DNA of 63,944 nucleotides, counting the filler, from Stramenopiles sp. TOSAG23-6 (Eukaryota): assembly GCA_900128565.1 (NCBI GenBank). It is 8 parts of 8 records of this genome, joined end to end, with 100 filler letters (N's around TTAATTAATTAA, not from the genome) between each part and the next. Parts side by side here need not be neighbours in the genome. Positions count along the whole stretch, not along the records: positions 59,538 to 60,940 come from LT639108.1; positions 61,041 to 62,443 come from LT639109.1; positions 62,544 to 63,944 come from LT639110.1; 5 more parts are not named here. One strand, written 5' to 3'. Shown in pieces: positions 59,567-63,944 of the stretch. Position 1 is the stretch's first letter. Each line of letters opens with the position of its first letter. The notes beneath the pieces were generated by a model. It saw nothing but the letters and a program-made list of their open reading frames with translations, had not been told where the DNA came from and did no database searches. The translations under genes and the position numbers were made by a program.

Positions 59567-60940
59567 TCATAAGTTGTCCGCTTTGGCTAGTAACTCGTGA
59601 AACTGGGCCTGCGTTGCGCCTTTGTGGTAAATTAATGTGTTGAGAACAGTGTTGGGGAGTACCACGAAATCAGGCCAGTACATGAGTTTAGGGGCGTCTT
59701 TTTCCTTCCATTTCATATGCAAATCCCCCCAGTCGACTTCTCCCTTGGGTTTCCGCCACTCAAAATCCTTGAGGCAATTCTTCTCCTGAACAGTGGTAAG
59801 GTCTTCACAAGTGCCCTCGAGCGTAATATCCTCTGGTTTTTCCCCTCCAGCGGTCTCGACCCTGGTCCAAAACACCTTTTCAACGCACTGAGCCAATTGA
59901 ACAGCCGTAATCTCAGAATCGTCACAAACGGCCTCTTCCCCAATGTTTGTCAAGAGCAGTTGGCTGGTAATCCCGTATGCTACGCCCAGATAAAACAGTT
60001 GTTTCTCCTCATCCGTCCAGTCAAACCAAGACTGTCGTGAAAGCTTAGCTTCCTCTTTCTTTTTTATCGGGAGCGCATTCTCGATTGGAACCTTCCACCC
60101 CTCGCTACCTTGTAACACGAGCGCTACAATGTGGACACGGGCGGCGGTTGCCTCCTGCTCTTGCGTTATGCAAGATTCCCCGATCTTGTCACTTGGCAAG
60201 ACGCAAGTTTCTTCACTCATGACCAAAGTGGAGTACTTGTTGTTGCGGTACAGGTTAACGAGCAGCTTCATTCTCGCCTCCATTAGCCTCAGGTTGTCCA
60301 TGATCATTGATACAACAGAAATCAAGCGACGGGCACGAGCTTCTTTTGAGTTGTCCAGGGGAAAGTACCGATTGCGAAGTTTTTCGTAAATTTTCAGATC
60401 CTTGACAAAGACCTTGAAAATTTCATAGCTGTACAGAGATACCTTACCCACCAGAGGCACGAAACCGCCACCGATATTCCCCGAGGCACCAATGATCTCA
60501 TTGACACGCAGCGCGTTGTCTTTATTCGTGGTTGACGGATCGCAATTTCCAGCGAGTTCGTTCAGTTTTGCTTGGCGCTTGGACATTATCGCAAGTAGCG
60601 ACTGAATATCAACGTACAGTCGTGCTGTCTGGCGAAAAGTCAACTTGGCCAGATTGGCGTTGCTGTAGAACATTGTATGTTCCTGATGCTTGTTTATGAA
60701 TGAACTCATATCCTCTAAAAGGTCTTCGTAGTGCGAAAAATATGCCGTGTCGTCGCATTTATCGGATCTCCAAATATCCATCGTGTTGGTAAAGATCTTG
60801 AGCGCGTCCGGGAGAATTGTCGCCATGTCTGTTTTCCCACCGAGTTGCTCGCCGACGAGATGGAGTTTGTGCGCGCGTGACTCGCTTCGACAGAGGTGGG
60901 CCAATGTGTAGCATTTGCTGCAGAGCCGCGCAAGCGTCCG
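59567..60940 (-). CDS. Hypothetical protein on a GC-richer contig, 5' truncated
   Basis: 445-aa ORF, no recognised domain. Confidence 0.65.
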   Translation of the reverse strand, partial: RTLARLCSKCYTLAHLCRSESRAHKLHLVGEQLGGKTDMATILPDALKIFTNTMDIWRSDKCDDTAYFSHYEDLLEDMSSFINKHQEHTMFYSNANLAKLTFRQTARLYVDIQSLLAIMSKRQAKLNELAGNCDPSTTNKDNALRVNEIIGASGNIGGGFVPLVGKVSLYSYEIFKVFVKDLKIYEKLRNRYFPLDNSKEARARRLISVVSMIMDNLRLMEARMKLLVNLYRNNKYSTLVMSEETCVLPSDKIGESCITQEQEATAARVHIVALVLQGSEGWKVPIENALPIKKKEEAKLSRQSWFDWTDEEKQLFYLGVAYGITSQLLLTNIGEEAVCDDSEITAVQLAQCVEKVFWTRVETAGGEKPEDITLEGTCEDLTTVQEKNCLKDFEWRKPKGEVDWGDLHMKWKEKDAPKLMYWPDFVVLPNTVLNTLIYHKGATQAQFHELLAKADNL

Positions 60941-61040
60941 NNNNNNNNNNNNNNNNNNNNNNNNNNNNNNNNNNNNNNNNNNNNTTAATTAATTAANNNN
61001 NNNNNNNNNNNNNNNNNNNNNNNNNNNNNNNNNNNNNNNN

Positions 61041-61632
61041 TATAGCCCTGAGATATCCAATTTTTTGCAGCTTTATCACTCGGGGTATTGAGAATAAACT
61101 GTTGAGTTTTGGAGCACCACTCTGCCGTTGTTTCGACAATGAGACCAGATAATACTCCTGCTTGCATTTCTGTTAATAGAAAGCAACCTAACTGCCCTTT
61201 TTTCTGAATATCTTCTAGCATTCCAATTTGATTTGGCCCTGCAAGTCCTACAATACTTCCTGCGAATAGATTAAACTGCACAGTAAAACGGATTCCAAAT
61301 CCACCTAATCCGACAGTTGCCAAAAGTCTGTGTGCAAGGAAGAATTTTTCTGGTGCATTTACCATATCCATAAAATTTAAGACCCTAGACTTTACAAGTG
61401 TTCGAAGAACATTTGAACTCTGTAAAGGATCAGTTGCCATTGGGACATCTTTGACTTCTGCTAGAAACTTTTCTGTGAACTTTTCTTGGTCAAATGGTTC
61501 AACTGCATGACTCTCTGTAGATAAACTGACACGCCCAATTCGAGAAGCAAGCACACCAAAACGATGTGAATTCAATTTTGATTGAGAAAAGACACGGTAT
61601 ATTGATTGCGATGCACGAGGTATACGCAACAT
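61041..61632 (-). CDS. Acyl-CoA oxidase/dehydrogenase-like, N-terminal part
   Basis: FTVQFNLFAGSI, GCFLLTE, FILNTP...AKNWISQG. Confidence 0.85.
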
Positions 61633-61927
61633 CTTTTTAAGTTATTAAAAAAATGCAAATGAAATGCTGCTGTTGTCCGAGGCCGGTAAAAAGTCTCTTT
61701 TTGCCTCTTTTTGTGTCTCTTTCTGTTTTTATGCCTTTTGTTGTTGGCCATGAAAAAAAGAAAGGCAGTTTTGTTCCAAAAATATTTTGACGGATCAGTC
61801 AGTCTTGACAAGTTTGTTGAAGGTAATTCTTCAATCTTCGATACAACAAAGAGAGTGTTTCATTCTCACCCATCCAAGTTTTGGTAATGGAACTATTTTT
61901 GCTGGTGATACATCAGTAGGGACTCCA

Positions 61928-62443
61928 ATGGATTCATCTACTAATGAGGACATGTTTGAACTCCTCCCATTACTCCTTTCTCTCTTTGGAGGTCTTCTTC
62001 TGGCTTATGTGATTGCAAGACAGCCATCCGTTGATGAAGAAGTACCCAAGAATGCACTACAACGCCCAACGCAGAAGGAACGCCCCATCACAATGACAGA
62101 GTTACATGTACACAATGGTGAAGATGGTGGGGATATTTGGGTAGCTGTTAAAGGAAAAGTATTTGATGTCACCTCGCATCCTTCTGGACGTGACTTATAT
62201 GGCAAGGATTCCGTGTACAATAGTTTCGCAGGCAAAGATGCGACTATAGGCCTAGCTTTAGGAACGTATGATATGTCAGAGATTTCTAGTGTTACATTTG
62301 AAAGTTTAGATATATGTCAGCTTGATATGTTAGAGGAATGGTATCTTACATTTCGAAAGAAATATAATGTTGTGGGACTTTTATGTAGTGATGATTGTAG
62401 TACAAAAAAAACAAAAAAAACAAAAAAAACAAAAAAAACAGAC
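61928..62443 (+). CDS. Membrane-associated cytochrome b5-like heme/steroid-binding (MAPR) protein
   Basis: TM, IWVAVKGKVFDVT, FAGKDAT, KYNVVG. Confidence 0.85.
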
Positions 62444-62543
62444 NNNNNNNNNNNNNNNNNNNNNNNNNNNNNNNNNNNNNNNNNNNNTTAATTAATTAAN
62501 NNNNNNNNNNNNNNNNNNNNNNNNNNNNNNNNNNNNNNNNNNN

Positions 62544-62665
62544 ATTTGCTTTACCAGTTAATTCCACATTATGAACGATTGACGCTGAATTAGTGCACAC
62601 TGATAAAACAGCAGCAGAATCGCCACAATTTGCAGAGAAGACTTTATGACCATCTAGAATGACAA
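62544..62665 (-). CDS. PP2C-like phosphatase exon fragment
   Basis: After a TTTAG acceptor reads VILDGHKVFSANCGDSAAVL...VELTGKAN. Confidence 0.6.
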
Positions 62666-62906
62666 CTAAAGTAATAGAAAAAAAGACTTATTTGTATGTT
62701 TATCATTTTGATTAATTATTATAATGTTAATAAAACAATTCAGTTAGTTTACAATACTCTTCGACTATATAAGTGTTCATCCGTCTGTTAGTTAAGGCAG
62801 CACTATGCAAGAACAGCACATTGTAATTTATAATTTAATTTATAGTGAGTGTGACTGGATAGTAAAAACTCAGTCAACAGCAACATTTACATTATAACTA
62901 CTATAA

Positions 62907-63400
62907 TCACCACGAAGAATCAGCAGATGATTCGTCCTCTTCATCTATTTCGTTTAGTGACATCATAGAACTTACGAAAGTTTGCCGATTCTGCAAACTC
63001 AAAGCTGAAGTCAACCGCGAAGAAAACATAGAAGTGCATGAGCTTTTTGGAAACCATTCTTCACAATTCATCGGTTTTGTCCAATTTCCATTAAAGTGAC
63101 TACAAAATTGATTACATTGGTGGTTAGCAAAAAACGAGTCAATACCCTTTTCACCTAAATCTGTCGGACCATAAAGACGATCACGAGAACAAATCGCAGG
63201 ATCAGTTAGCTCGAAACGACATCGACTAGCCTTCCGAGTATCTTTTCTATATCGACCTTGAAGATCACATATCAATAGTTCTCCATCAGATATGTGATAG
63301 CTATAATGAGCAAATGCTTCCATATATAGCACATCATGTGCATTACTTGGGTCAATCCAACCGTTGTTTGACGTAAATTTTTTGAAATATCGAATCAGTG
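62907..63400 (-). CDS. Alpha-kinase (eEF2K/MHCK family) C-terminal fragment
   Basis: FKKFTSNNG, AFAHYSY, ICDLQG, LTDPAI, GPTDLG, HQCNQFC. Confidence 0.88.
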
Positions 63401-63851
63401 GAGTTAACTGGTAAAGCAAATTGGCCTATTAAGCCTCATAATGCAGATTTCTTTGCGGATTATTCACCTCCAACTCATTCTTCGAGCAATACCCGGGACC
63501 CTACGATTGTATCGACAGACTCAAATCCTGTCCCTCATTTAGCCGACCCTACAGCAGCGTGTACTGGTAGTTCGGCCGCTTGCTCTGGACGAGGACTACC
63601 AGGAATACATGGTATAGAACTTACTTCAACACATTCTCCTGAAGATCCAGATGAATATTGTCGAATGCGAAATTTTCGACCGAAAAAAAATAATTCAACT
63701 TTGCCTGAAATTCGTTTTGTATATGATTCTTTATCACTTACAAAAGCAAAATGTGCTGATATTTTTTATACAAATAAAGACGGTGGTCCTATGGTCACTA
63801 ATAATGGTAGTTACTATAAAAATGTCTGTAACGAATGGGCGTCTCTAATAT
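63398..63851 (+). CDS. PP2C-like phosphatase fragment, continuation
   Basis: VELTGKAN overlap with the 62544 fragment; ELTSTHSPEDPDEYCRM resembles the PP2C LTxDHxP...ExxRI motif. Confidence 0.55.
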
Positions 63852-63944
63852 GTATGTTTTCATCATGAATTTCAAATTTATTTATTTTTTCATACGAAAT
63901 TTTGTACCTAACAAATTCTATTTTTTTTTGAAATATTTTTTCAC
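63852..63944 (+). mobile_element. Introner-like intron V (partial)
   Basis: ATAT|GTATGTTTTCATC...TACGAAATTTTGTACCTAAC...TTTTCAC. Confidence 0.8.

Noticed and set aside
1-63944. Inserts as DNA-eliminated IES-like elements
   Set aside because: Not strictly excluded, but uniform sense orientation, a branch-like CCTAAC and GT-AG members favour RNA splicing

Overview
AT-rich, gene-dense eukaryotic DNA, probably from a flagellated protist (possibly a stramenopile; inferred from AHI1, TBC1D31, Tubby and CxxHGGG-repeat genes). The window is eight contigs sorted by length and joined by artificial 100-bp N44-TTAATTAATTAA-N44 linkers. It holds about 30 protein-coding genes, including eEF2, HSP70, a cGMP-dependent kinase, XRCC2, RRP40, SRP14, TRMO, p24 and a double-TALE-homeodomain protein. 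The main finding is a family of 22 similar ~90-110 nt insertions (15 complete), always inside coding sequence and in the sense orientation of the host gene. Consensus: G(T/C/A)AYGTTTT...TTTTCGTACGAAATTTTGTACCTAAC...GAAATATTTTTC(A/C)(C/A)AATACAT. Removing them restores reading frames and conserved motifs, yet 12 of 15 complete copies lack an AG acceptor (11 end AT, 1 TT), and 16 of 21 donors follow an exonic AT. They look like an introner-type, transposon-derived intron family with non-canonical, mostly GT-AT boundaries, coexisting with ordinary GTAAGT...YAG introns. Splicing and mobility are inferred from DNA only.
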